A stretch of 64,000 bases of DNA from a virus. A model generated the notes under the pieces. It was given only the letters and a program-made list of their open reading frames with translations. It ran no database searches and had not been told where the DNA came from. The translations under genes and the position numbers were made by a program. The stretch covers positions 1 to 64,000 of IMG/VR virus record IMGVR_UViG_3300037313_000284; one strand, given 5' to 3'. Below, piece by piece: positions 8,752-17,241 of the stretch. Each line of letters starts with the position of its first letter. Position 1 is the first letter of the stretch.

Positions 8752-9785
8752 GCAAGCATCTTCCGGGTCTACTAACTGCCTCCGCTGCATTCAAACCACA
8801 TCGATACCCATGGGCGTACCAAATGTGGGAGCGACAGCAACAAATTCACTGGATGCCGCAAGAGGTTCCTCTGTCTGAAGACTTGAAAGATTGGGCTGTT
8901 AAACTAAACGACAGAGAACGCAATCTACTAACTCAAATCTTCCGTTTCTTCACGCAATCGGACGTGGAAGTTAACGACAACTACATGGAGCGCTATAGCC
9001 GCGTCTTCAAGCCTACTGAAGTCAAGATGATGTTGGCGGCGTTCTCCAATATGGAGACCATTCACATCGCTGCCTACGCTCTGTTACTAGAGACGATTGG
9101 GATGCCGGATAGCGAGTTCACGGCGTTCCTCGATTATCAGGCGATGCGCGACAAGCACGATTACATGCAACAGTTCGGTACGAAGTCCTACGCCGATACT
9201 GCACGCACGTTGGCTATGTTCGGTGGGTTTACCGAAGGCCTGCAACTGTTCTCTAGCTTCGCGATGCTATTAAACTTCCCTCGTCACAACAAGATGAAGG
9301 GCATGGGGCAGATTGTTAGCTGGTCTGTGCGTGATGAGAGCCTGCACTGCGAAGGTATTATTAAGCTGTATCACGCTTTCAACCGCGAAACCGGCTGCGT
9401 AACCAAGTCGGTGCGTGACGATATCATCGATTGCTGCAAGACTGTCGTGGACCTTGAAGATAAGTTCATCGATCTGGCCTTTGAGGCCGGTGAAGTCCAA
9501 GGCATGGAACCTGATGATATTAAAAAGTACACGCGGTTCATCGGCGATTGGCGTTGCCGTCAGCTTAAGTTAGTAGACTCTTCGAAGAATGAGACTGTGT
9601 TCGGCTACACGTCTCAATCGCAGAACCCGCTCCCCTGGTTGCAAGCGATGATCTCCGGTCAAGAGCACGGCAACTTCTTTGAGGCCCGTTCTACTGAATA
9701 CTCGAAAGCCGCCACAGAAGGCACGTGGCATGGTGATCAAGGCGTTTGGGCGGAGTTTGACCGTATGCAGGCGAAACGCGGTTAG
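8748..9785 (+). CDS. nrdB: ribonucleotide reductase class Ia beta subunit
   Basis: FFTQSD, ETIH..AY (radical Tyr), TEGLQLFSSF and RDESLH di-iron motifs, NFFE. The true start is ATG 8748, which overlaps the upstream stop (ATGA). Confidence 0.95.
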   Translation: MSKHLPGLLTASAAFKPHRYPWAYQMWERQQQIHWMPQEVPLSEDLKDWAVKLNDRERNLLTQIFRFFTQSDVEVNDNYMERYSRVFKPTEVKMMLAAFSNMETIHIAAYALLLETIGMPDSEFTAFLDYQAMRDKHDYMQQFGTKSYADTARTLAMFGGFTEGLQLFSSFAMLLNFPRHNKMKGMGQIVSWSVRDESLHCEGIIKLYHAFNRETGCVTKSVRDDIIDCCKTVVDLEDKFIDLAFEAGEVQGMEPDDIKKYTRFIGDWRCRQLKLVDSSKNETVFGYTSQSQNPLPWLQAMISGQEHGNFFEARSTEYSKAATEGTWHGDQGVWAEFDRMQAKRG

Positions 9786-9886
9786 TAAAACCTGCGACAG
9801 TCGCTGGGTACGCTAATTTATATAAACCGAACAAGCATAAGTGCCGTGCTCAGCGGCTAAGGTTAATAAGAGGACTTGTTATTAGT

Positions 9887-11827
9887 ATGTCGCAATCCGA
9901 ACGTGTTATGGCTCACCCCAAATTGAAGCTGGTCCGCCAAGTGCAAGTAGACCGCAGCCGCGATGCGTTACTAACCGATTTTGGTCGCAGCACTCTGGAT
10001 GACCGGTATCTTGCTCCCGGTGAATCCTATCAAGACGCTTTTGCTCGCGTGGCTACTGCTTTCGCCGATGACGCCGAGCATGCGCAACGTATGTACGATT
10101 ACATTTCCAAGCTTTGGTTCATGCCGTCTACTCCGGTTCTTAGTAACGGCGGTTTAGACCGTGGCCTGCCTATTTCGTGTTTTCTCAACGCGGTGCCGGA
10201 TACTATCGATGGCATTCGAGAAGTCTGGAATGAGAACATCGCGTTAGCTACTAATGGTGGTGGTATCGGAACCTATTGGGGTAGCGTTCGTTCGATTGGG
10301 GAGAAGGTCAAAGGCGCGGGTCAGACTAGCGGGATTATTCCTTTCATCCGCGTCATGGACAGTCTCACGCTAGCTATTAGTCAAGGTTCGCTGCGTCGGG
10401 GTTCTGCGGCGGTCTATGTCGATATCCATCACCCGGAAATCGAAGAGTTTCTGGAGATTCGTAAACCTTCCGGTGACTTCAACCGCAAGAGCCTTAACCT
10501 CCACCACGGTATTAATATCACCGACGCTTTCATGGAAGCCGTGCGGGCCGGTGCTGAATTCGATCTACTATCTCCGAAGACTAAGCAGCCGGTTAAGACG
10601 GTTGATGCGCGTACGTTGTGGCAGAAGATTCTGGACATTCGCATTCAAACCGGCGAACCATACCTGATTTTCTCTGATACTGTTAATAGAGGTATGCCCG
10701 AGTTCCAACGTGAATTGGGACATAGCGTGCGGCAGTCCAATCTGTGTGCGGAAATCATGCTGCATACCGGCAAAGACTATCGTAATAACGAACGCACGGC
10801 AGTTTGCTGCCTGTCGTCGGTCAACGCTGAATACTATATGGAATGGAAAGACGATCCGCGTTTCCTTGAAGACGCGATGCGATTCCTCGACAACATTCTG
10901 CAAGATTTTATTAACCGCGCTGAGACCTACGACCCGCGCTTCAAGAACGCCATCTACGCAGCAGCTAACGAACGTTCAGTTGGTCTTGGATTAATGGGTT
11001 TCCATTCGTTCCTGCAAAAGATGGGCGTGCCGTTTGAAAGCGCCATGGCTAAGTCGTGGAACTTGCGTATGTTCAAGCATATTCGCAAGGGTGCTGACGC
11101 TGCTTCGGAATTACTAGCAATAGAACGCGGTCCTTGTCCGGATTGGGTGGCGGCGCATCTGAAAGAGCGTTCGCAAATCCTAGTGAACAAGCTGACTGAA
11201 GCGGAATGCAAATTCACTACGCCGCAACGGTTCTCTCACAAGCTAGCTATCGCGCCTACCGCGTCCATTTCTATTATCTGCGGTGGGGCGAGCGCAGGCA
11301 TCGAGCCTATTCCGGCTAATATCTACACGCATAAGACGCTATCAGGGTCGTTCACCGTTAAGAACCCGTATCTAGACGCTATTATTCGTCGTTTTGCTGC
11401 CGAAAATCAGCACACAGAGACGCACGAAGAATTAGAAGCGTGGTGCGAAGCTCAATGGGAACTCATTCTACTAAACGGCGGTTCGGTTTCTGAACTTGAG
11501 TGGATGAGTGACGATGAAAAGGCCGTGTTCAAAACGGCCTTCGAAATCGATCAACGTTGGGTCATTGAACTAGCAGCGGATCGCACGCCTGAGGTTTGCC
11601 AATCACAATCGGTTAACATTTTCCTACCCGGCAATGTTAATAAGTATGATCTGCATATGCTGCATTGGATGGCTTGGGAACGCGGCGTTAAGTCTCTATA
11701 CTATCTTCGTTCGCAATCGGTTCAGCGAGCCGCACACGCAGGCGAAGACGACGTAGATGATTTGGTGGAACCGGAGATCATGACTTTCCAACCACGTGAC
11801 TACGATCAGTGTTTGGCGTGCCAATAA
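9887..11827 (+). CDS. nrdA: ribonucleotide reductase class Ia alpha subunit (no ATP cone)
   Basis: TPVLSNGG, PISCFL, SNLCAEI (thiyl-radical Cys), AIAPTAS, KSLYY and C-terminal CLAC. Confidence 0.95.
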   Translation: MSQSERVMAHPKLKLVRQVQVDRSRDALLTDFGRSTLDDRYLAPGESYQDAFARVATAFADDAEHAQRMYDYISKLWFMPSTPVLSNGGLDRGLPISCFLNAVPDTIDGIREVWNENIALATNGGGIGTYWGSVRSIGEKVKGAGQTSGIIPFIRVMDSLTLAISQGSLRRGSAAVYVDIHHPEIEEFLEIRKPSGDFNRKSLNLHHGINITDAFMEAVRAGAEFDLLSPKTKQPVKTVDARTLWQKILDIRIQTGEPYLIFSDTVNRGMPEFQRELGHSVRQSNLCAEIMLHTGKDYRNNERTAVCCLSSVNAEYYMEWKDDPRFLEDAMRFLDNILQDFINRAETYDPRFKNAIYAAANERSVGLGLMGFHSFLQKMGVPFESAMAKSWNLRMFKHIRKGADAASELLAIERGPCPDWVAAHLKERSQILVNKLTEAECKFTTPQRFSHKLAIAPTASISIICGGASAGIEPIPANIYTHKTLSGSFTVKNPYLDAIIRRFAAENQHTETHEELEAWCEAQWELILLNGGSVSELEWMSDDEKAVFKTAFEIDQRWVIELAADRTPEVCQSQSVNIFLPGNVNKYDLHMLHWMAWERGVKSLYYLRSQSVQRAAHAGEDDVDDLVEPEIMTFQPRDYDQCLACQ

Positions 11828-11828
11828 C

Positions 11829-12188
11829 ATGAGCAACAAGTACATTGCCGTGGATTTTGACGGAACGTTGTGCAAACACTTTACTAATTGGCAGGGTGTT
11901 ACAGCGGTCATCGAAGAGGAGCCCGTGCCAGAAATGTTGGCACGGGTAAAGCGTTGGATCGCAAGGGGCGTTACGGTCAAGATACTAACGGCACGCATGT
12001 CATGCGCCCCACACGAACGAGACGCCGCGCGCACTGCAATTCAAGATTGGCTTGAGAAGTACAACCTACCTCGCCTTGAAGTTACTAACCAAAAGACGTT
12101 CGGTATGATGGAATTATGGGATGATCGAGCCATCCAAGTAGAACGTGACATGGGTAGGCCAGTTGATCCGAGACAGTGGAAACGCTGA
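11829..12188 (+). CDS. small capless HAD-superfamily phosphatase
   Basis: Motif I IAVDFDGTL, motif II ILTAR, motif IV DDRA; start at ATG 11829. Confidence 0.75.
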   Translation: MSNKYIAVDFDGTLCKHFTNWQGVTAVIEEEPVPEMLARVKRWIARGVTVKILTARMSCAPHERDAARTAIQDWLEKYNLPRLEVTNQKTFGMMELWDDRAIQVERDMGRPVDPRQWKR

Positions 12189-12207
12189 GCAATTTATGAG
12201 AGACAAC

Positions 12208-12240
12208 AGGGACGGCTGTTTTCAGCCGTCCCTTTTCTTT
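12208..12240 (+). terminator. intrinsic terminator
   Basis: AGGGACGGCTG-TTTT-CAGCCGTCCCT followed by TTTCTTT. Confidence 0.8.
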
Positions 12241-12251
12241 TGGAGAATCCA

Positions 12252-12662
12252 GTGGGTTGCTGTGTTAATAACGAGCGTACGGAACGCGTAGCTTACCTAA
12301 TGAGCAATTTGGGTTTCAGTCCTGTACACACTGGCGATTACGTAACTGAATTAAAAGAATTGCTAGCGAGTAGGGTCGAAAAGCACGGCCTCATCTGGAT
12401 GGGGCGTGTGTACTACGAGCCAATTACTAAAGAGACCTGCAACGATATCGCTAAGAAATATCTTGCTTGGATTTGGGCTTGCGATAATGCTAGCCACAAA
12501 GTTGAGTGCATTGACGGCGGACCTTGGCGCAAAGTAACTAATACGCGGACTATGAAGTCTCGTATTGTTATTAAATGGCATCGCGTCCCGGCCTACCTTC
12601 GCGACCAATTTCGTAAGGTCAAATACAAGATCGGCCCTAAGCGCAAGAATCCCTACGCATAA
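12252..12662 (+). CDS. hypothetical protein
   Basis: GGAG RBS before the in-frame GTG at 12252; the ORF fills the gap. Confidence 0.55.
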   Translation: MGCCVNNERTERVAYLMSNLGFSPVHTGDYVTELKELLASRVEKHGLIWMGRVYYEPITKETCNDIAKKYLAWIWACDNASHKVECIDGGPWRKVTNTRTMKSRIVIKWHRVPAYLRDQFRKVKYKIGPKRKNPYA

Positions 12663-12670
12663 GGTTATAA

Positions 12671-12820
12671 ATGACACAAGAGAACGCAAGGCTAGACGAA
12701 TTAGATAAAGAAGAGTGGCTGGAAGTCGCTTTGGCGGTGCAGCCTAATATTACTGATGAAGAATACGACGCAATGTGGGAAGAGTTTCAAGAAACCAAGC
12801 GTCGTCACAAAGCCAACTAA
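12671..12820 (+). CDS. small acidic protein (49 aa, MTQENARLDELDKEEW...), not in the ORF track
   Basis: AAGG RBS, ATG 12671 to TAA 12820; fills the gap between its neighbours. Confidence 0.65.
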   Translation: MTQENARLDELDKEEWLEVALAVQPNITDEEYDAMWEEFQETKRRHKAN

Positions 12821-12841
12821 CAAACACGGTGGTGAATTCTG

Positions 12842-13216
12842 ATGGCTAATCAAGTACGTAAATTCAGTGACAACCGAGGCTGGTATGGCTTCGATCTGGA
12901 CGGAACAATTGCGTTCTACGATGGGTGGAAGGGGCCTACACATATCGGTGCTCCGGTGAAGCCTATGTGCGATCTTATTCGCCTGTATCTGGAACGTGGT
13001 GATCGCGTCAAAATATTCACTGCGCGAGTTACTATCCGTGAGGACGGTGAACATGAAACCGCCCGTAAGGCAATCGAGCAATGGACGGTTGATCAATTCG
13101 GGGTGGCGCTGGAAGTAACCAACGTCAAAGACTACGGGCTTATTAAACTGTATGATGACCGCGCGGTGGGTGTCGAAGAAAACACTGGCCGTATCATCCT
13201 CAATCACAAGGAATAG
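12842..13216 (+). CDS. small capless HAD-superfamily phosphatase (paralog of 11829..12188)
   Basis: GFDLDGTI, IFTAR, LEVTNVK and DDRA motifs. Confidence 0.75.
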   Translation: MANQVRKFSDNRGWYGFDLDGTIAFYDGWKGPTHIGAPVKPMCDLIRLYLERGDRVKIFTARVTIREDGEHETARKAIEQWTVDQFGVALEVTNVKDYGLIKLYDDRAVGVEENTGRIILNHKE

Positions 13217-13220
13217 TCAT

Positions 13221-13805
13221 ATGGAACTACGCATTAAGGCTAAGAAGATCGTCCAACTGTCTTGGACGACTTGGAACGATGTGTGCGCTTTAGCACCTGG
13301 ATTGGTTAGTCGCGAAAATCCCGGTAAGCAAACGTCTTACTACCATGATTTAGCTGGTAATACAGCCGGACCTCCGTACGTTAGTTTGACGGTGCCTACG
13401 GAACTGTCGGCAGTTACTACAGGAGAAGTCGATGACAGATACGGTGTATCGGTCGCCGCGATTCAGGGGGATTGGCTAGTTCTGCTTGAGAACGATAAGA
13501 TTTTAGTAATTCCTGGCGTCCCCGGCATGATCGTCGCCTTCGAACACCCCGGTGGCAACGCTGACGAAACTATGACCATGGGCGTTGAGGCTGAACCGTT
13601 TGTGTTCAACGAAGCTGACTTTCCTAAGTTTAGTATTTGGCGGCACCGCAATGGTAACGAATACATTATCATTGGTTGCAGCAATACTAACACGCCTAGC
13701 AGGCCTGGATATCCACCGCGTGTTGAATACTGCAACGTCCATACGTATGAGCCTTACTCGCGCGAAGCCTCTGATTGGCACCGCTCAATGACGAGGATTC
13801 GTTAA
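13221..13805 (+). CDS. hypothetical protein with a C-terminal DUF1653-like domain
   Basis: AGGA RBS before ATG 13221; C-terminal WRHRNGNEY.I....N.....VEY......YSR pattern. Confidence 0.5.
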   Translation: MELRIKAKKIVQLSWTTWNDVCALAPGLVSRENPGKQTSYYHDLAGNTAGPPYVSLTVPTELSAVTTGEVDDRYGVSVAAIQGDWLVLLENDKILVIPGVPGMIVAFEHPGGNADETMTMGVEAEPFVFNEADFPKFSIWRHRNGNEYIIIGCSNTNTPSRPGYPPRVEYCNVHTYEPYSREASDWHRSMTRIR

Positions 13806-14051
13806 ATGCCGGGTGCAGACGACCGACTGACCACTGTACACATGCCTGATTACAACACCACATGCGCTAATCATGAGCCTGATACGGATGCTGTCTACTA
13901 TCTAACTACCGTAGAAAGTGCGCCGGTTTCTCGCGAAGCTTACGCTCGCGAGTACGGGTTTGCGGCATTAGACAACTTGGACCGTGAAGCCGAAGCCGTA
14001 CGTCAGGAAACCGCCAATCTTCTACTAATAGCGGCAACGGCTGGTACCTAA
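13806..14051 (+). CDS. hypothetical protein
   Basis: Abuts its neighbours with TAA-ATG junctions. Confidence 0.55.
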   Translation: MPGADDRLTTVHMPDYNTTCANHEPDTDAVYYLTTVESAPVSREAYAREYGFAALDNLDREAEAVRQETANLLLIAATAGT

Positions 14052-14357
14052 ATGAACCGGCCAGCTTTCGTTATTAAAAGTGGTTCTCACGCTGGTGTTC
14101 GATTGTACAACCGGCAAGACGGCACATGCATTGCGTTTGGTGGCTTGAACAATCCTTGGCGATACCGCTCTACGATTAATAAATCACCAAAATGGGGACT
14201 GCGTACAGGTCGTGCGGTGGATTCGGAAAGTCGACGATTTTCGAATATTCAGTTTCGACGTCACCGAATTAGCGGACGTGCACGACTTGTTAGATTGATG
14301 TATTCACGCCGCAATAAGCGCGCCTTCTACCCAGGTTGCTACGATTCACAAAACTAA
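14052..14357 (+). CDS. hypothetical basic protein
   Basis: TAA-ATG junction; Arg-rich. Confidence 0.5.
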   Translation: MNRPAFVIKSGSHAGVRLYNRQDGTCIAFGGLNNPWRYRSTINKSPKWGLRTGRAVDSESRRFSNIQFRRHRISGRARLVRLMYSRRNKRAFYPGCYDSQN

Positions 14358-14377
14358 CCCCTAGGAAAAGCTCATAA

Positions 14378-14707
14378 ATGCTCGACGTTGAATCTTCGTT
14401 TGATAATAACTGGACTGAAATCGCGTCTAACGCCACGTGTCATATCGCGCGCGTCGTAGCACATTCTCCGGTTTCTCTAGTGATGGCCGGGGCTAATAAT
14501 CCATTACGTAAGCGGTTGCTGCGGGATATGCGAAAGCTTCTGAAGCGACACAACGGTACTTGCACACTGTTTGTGACTTTGACCACCAAGTCGGCAGAAG
14601 TTGGACTAGCCAAACCTAATTACGGCGCGCTTTATCAGTACGAACTCAATTTTCAACAAGGGATGCTGCGTACTATCGAGCACGCAGCAGCGGTATATAA
14701 TGGCTAA
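14378..14707 (+). CDS. hypothetical protein
   Basis: AGGA RBS; overlaps the next gene. Confidence 0.55.
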   Translation: MLDVESSFDNNWTEIASNATCHIARVVAHSPVSLVMAGANNPLRKRLLRDMRKLLKRHNGTCTLFVTLTTKSAEVGLAKPNYGALYQYELNFQQGMLRTIEHAAAVYNG

Positions 14708-15125
14708 TCTCAAGTTAATAGAGACCGATCTTTTATCGCGATATCCTATTGCTTGTCATCAGGCTATGCAGAAGTCATTAGACGACGCCGTGCGGGGTGG
14801 CGCGTGCAGTCTTCCTATTTGGGTCAATGCAGCTGACGAACGCGTCAGTTACATCGTTACTAACGAAGACGACGAGACGCAAGTCCAAGGTGTACTGCAA
14901 TTCAACCCGAAGCTCGACGAAGATTGTGAAATCTACGTCAATTGGTTGCATAGTAATGACCCGCGAGCATTCATGATGCTTGTTGGTCGCCTTCGTGAGT
15001 TCGCGAAGGAAAAGAACGCGTTGGGTGTTAACTTCTATGTGTACGGAGCCAACGAACGTATGCATAACTTCGCTAAAATAACTAAAGCCACTATGGCTTC
15101 CGTGATCTACAGGTTGAAGCTATGA
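14700..15125 (+). CDS. GNAT-fold acetyltransferase-like protein
   Basis: VQGVLQF...IYVNWL...LREFAKE..A.GVNFYV...NERM..F strand/helix pattern, as in GNAT motifs A and B. Confidence 0.5.
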   Translation: MANLKLIETDLLSRYPIACHQAMQKSLDDAVRGGACSLPIWVNAADERVSYIVTNEDDETQVQGVLQFNPKLDEDCEIYVNWLHSNDPRAFMMLVGRLREFAKEKNALGVNFYVYGANERMHNFAKITKATMASVIYRLKL

Positions 15126-15376
15126 CTAAGCGGCAAATCACGTACCTCTTCATCTGCGTCGGCTGCTTAATAATCACGCTGTCTTTGATTGTCGGGTGCG
15201 TCAGGACGACTTCGGAACCCGAACCTAAGCCGCCCGTACCCATCGAAAAGTCTGCCCCTAGGCGCGTTGGTGTGCCGTCGCAAATGATCCAGCAATGTAT
15301 TAACCAGCCGGACATTCCGTACTGCGAGAAGCGTTGCGAAGACACCGGGCTGCTTAATAAACCCAAGTGGTGCTAA
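15122..15376 (+). CDS. predicted lipoprotein, possibly the N-terminal part of a split BTLCP protease
   Basis: Signal peptide with lipobox-like LIVGC; P......C...P...C motif. Confidence 0.5.
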   Translation: MTKRQITYLFICVGCLIITLSLIVGCVRTTSEPEPKPPVPIEKSAPRRVGVPSQMIQQCINQPDIPYCEKRCEDTGLLNKPKWC

Positions 15377-15377
15377 T

Positions 15378-15797
15378 ATGCTCGACGCTAAGCAGATGTA
15401 CGCTATCGACGTAGCTGCACGAAAGAACTTCACGTACAAACACGACCCAGCGGGTAAGGATAACTGGCGATCTTATCATAAAGAAGTGGCGGCAGGTAAG
15501 GCGTGGGCGGATGACTGCGATAGTCTAGCTAGCACGGTCGTCAACTTACTAATCTTGCGTGGTTTGCCTATGGAACGGTGTTGGTTTGCGCATGTCGATA
15601 GTGCGCACACCGGTGGCGTAGACCACATGATTGCCTTCGCGGAAGCCAATGACGGTTCTATATGGGTCGTAGGCGACACGTTTGGGCCTACGTATCCAGC
15701 TAAGAACATGCGACATAGGCTGATCCAATTCTGCAAGGTTAGTAATGTAGAAGCGTGGTTTGCAGGCAGCGATTACCGACAACTCAAACTGATTTAA
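15378..15797 (+). CDS. transglutaminase-like cysteine protease (BTLCP/C93-like) catalytic domain
   Basis: Y..D....D.W, DDCDSLA (catalytic Cys), DHMIA (His), WVVGD (Asp). Confidence 0.65.
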   Translation: MLDAKQMYAIDVAARKNFTYKHDPAGKDNWRSYHKEVAAGKAWADDCDSLASTVVNLLILRGLPMERCWFAHVDSAHTGGVDHMIAFAEANDGSIWVVGDTFGPTYPAKNMRHRLIQFCKVSNVEAWFAGSDYRQLKLI

Positions 15798-15822
15798 CAA
15801 CCATCGAGAAAAGGCTACTAAC

Positions 15823-16629
15823 ATGTATTCCGATATCAAAATCGACGTCAAGAATAATTGGCAACTGAACATCCATGCGGCCACCGGCAAGCACGCGATG
15901 CGAGAGCTAAGCAACGAACAGATCGTTCTGCTAGCGATTCTCACGTGGCTATTCGCGCCTAAGAATCTGTCGCGTCGTGCTGAGTATGCTTGGCTGGTCA
16001 GCTTCTTACCGCAATGGGCCGACGCCTCGGTGTCCGGTCTACTAAAAGCGCTGGAACAAATCAGCGAAAAGACCCTGGATCGATATATTAACGCGGCTTC
16101 GTCTGCGGAACTTACGCTTCCGAATGGACGTAAGGACATGCTAGCCAACTATTTCCGCCGCAATGATACTGTCGCAATGCATGTATTTGGCAGTTATAAC
16201 GACGTGATCGGCAACGATTGGGTTCACAATGCTTTAGCTCCGGTGGCTTCCATCAATGAAGCGGTTTCCGCTCGCGCAACCTCAAACGTCCAAACCGTTG
16301 CCTACCAAGGTGTGCTCCCCGCTGGCGCTAAAGTGTCTATTAGTAATCATGTTATCAGTAACCATGGTGATAGCGCGTTCAGCATCAACGTAGGCCCAAG
16401 TCCCCATGGTGATATGATTCAAGATTTCGCCTATGAGAAGATTAATAACCTAGGGCACCAAAAAGACGAGGAGGCGGTTCCTCGTACTACCGCCGTGCCG
16501 CGAACAATGCGCGGTTCTAGCGAACAAATCGGTATGATTGACGAAGTTAACTTCATGCCGCCCTCTGCTACCAAAGTGCAACGCAAGAACATTTGGCAGA
16601 AATTCAAAGAGTTTATTACTCCCCAATAA
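15823..16629 (+). CDS. hypothetical protein
   Basis: 268 aa ORF with an AAGG RBS, ending just before the terminator. Confidence 0.6.
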   Translation: MYSDIKIDVKNNWQLNIHAATGKHAMRELSNEQIVLLAILTWLFAPKNLSRRAEYAWLVSFLPQWADASVSGLLKALEQISEKTLDRYINAASSAELTLPNGRKDMLANYFRRNDTVAMHVFGSYNDVIGNDWVHNALAPVASINEAVSARATSNVQTVAYQGVLPAGAKVSISNHVISNHGDSAFSINVGPSPHGDMIQDFAYEKINNLGHQKDEEAVPRTTAVPRTMRGSSEQIGMIDEVNFMPPSATKVQRKNIWQKFKEFITPQ

Positions 16630-16633
16630 CGAG

Positions 16634-16669
16634 AAAAGCCCCCGGCGCATAATGCGCCGGGGGCTTTTT
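16634..16669. terminator. bidirectional intrinsic terminator between the convergent blocks
   Basis: AAAAGCCCCCGGCGCAT-A-ATGCGCCGGGGGCTTTT(T): a perfect inverted repeat with A/T tails on both sides. Confidence 0.9.
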
Positions 16670-16677
16670 GTTGTCTG

Positions 16678-17229
16678 TTAGAGGATAACTCCCGGCTTGC
16701 GCTCCGTAGGCCCAACCGGAGTTGGCGGAACGGGCGGTGCGGTCATATCAGCTTGATTAACAGGTGGCTGTAAGTTGGGATCGTATCCGTAACCCTGTCC
16801 AAATTGTTGATTTGAATAAGGGCTGTAACCGCCGTACGCTCCCGGTGTGTTATTAACAGGAGGCGCGGGGATGCTTTTAGCTAAGTCAACAGAGTGCTTA
16901 CGGTAAGCATTCGTATCGGCTTGGCTGAAGCCTAAGTAACCTAGCAGAACGGTAGTGAATAGAGCGACCATTGCGTAGAAGATGGCCGTACCGAACTGCA
17001 ATAGGTTCATGGGCATGTCAGTGGTAGTGAATAGTAACTTCCATGCCCATAGCAGCATCATGAAGAAACACGATCCGCCGCTAACAATCAAAGTCCAGAA
17101 GACTGCCTTTCGGCGGTTCTTCCATTTGTCATCACCTAAACCAAAATCGCCGTCATTCAAGATACGGCCTAGCGCATCGGGAATACCGTCGGCGTTTTCA
17201 TCGGGGAGGCTCTTTAGTAACTGTTCCAT
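16678..17229 (-). CDS. 2-TM membrane protein with a Pro/Gly/Tyr/Gln-rich tail; holin candidate
   Basis: Two TM helices; directly downstream of the endolysin. Confidence 0.55.
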   Translation of the reverse strand: MEQLLKSLPDENADGIPDALGRILNDGDFGLGDDKWKNRRKAVFWTLIVSGGSCFFMMLLWAWKLLFTTTDMPMNLLQFGTAIFYAMVALFTTVLLGYLGFSQADTNAYRKHSVDLAKSIPAPPVNNTPGAYGGYSPYSNQQFGQGYGYDPNLQPPVNQADMTAPPVPPTPVGPTERKPGVIL

Positions 17230-17241
17230 AATTCGCCTCTT

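Noticed and set aside
2302-11827. Inteins in terminase, RNR or helicase
   Set aside because: I found no C/S...HN-(C/S/T) splice motifs or LAGLIDADG blocks, and the catalytic motifs are normally spaced.
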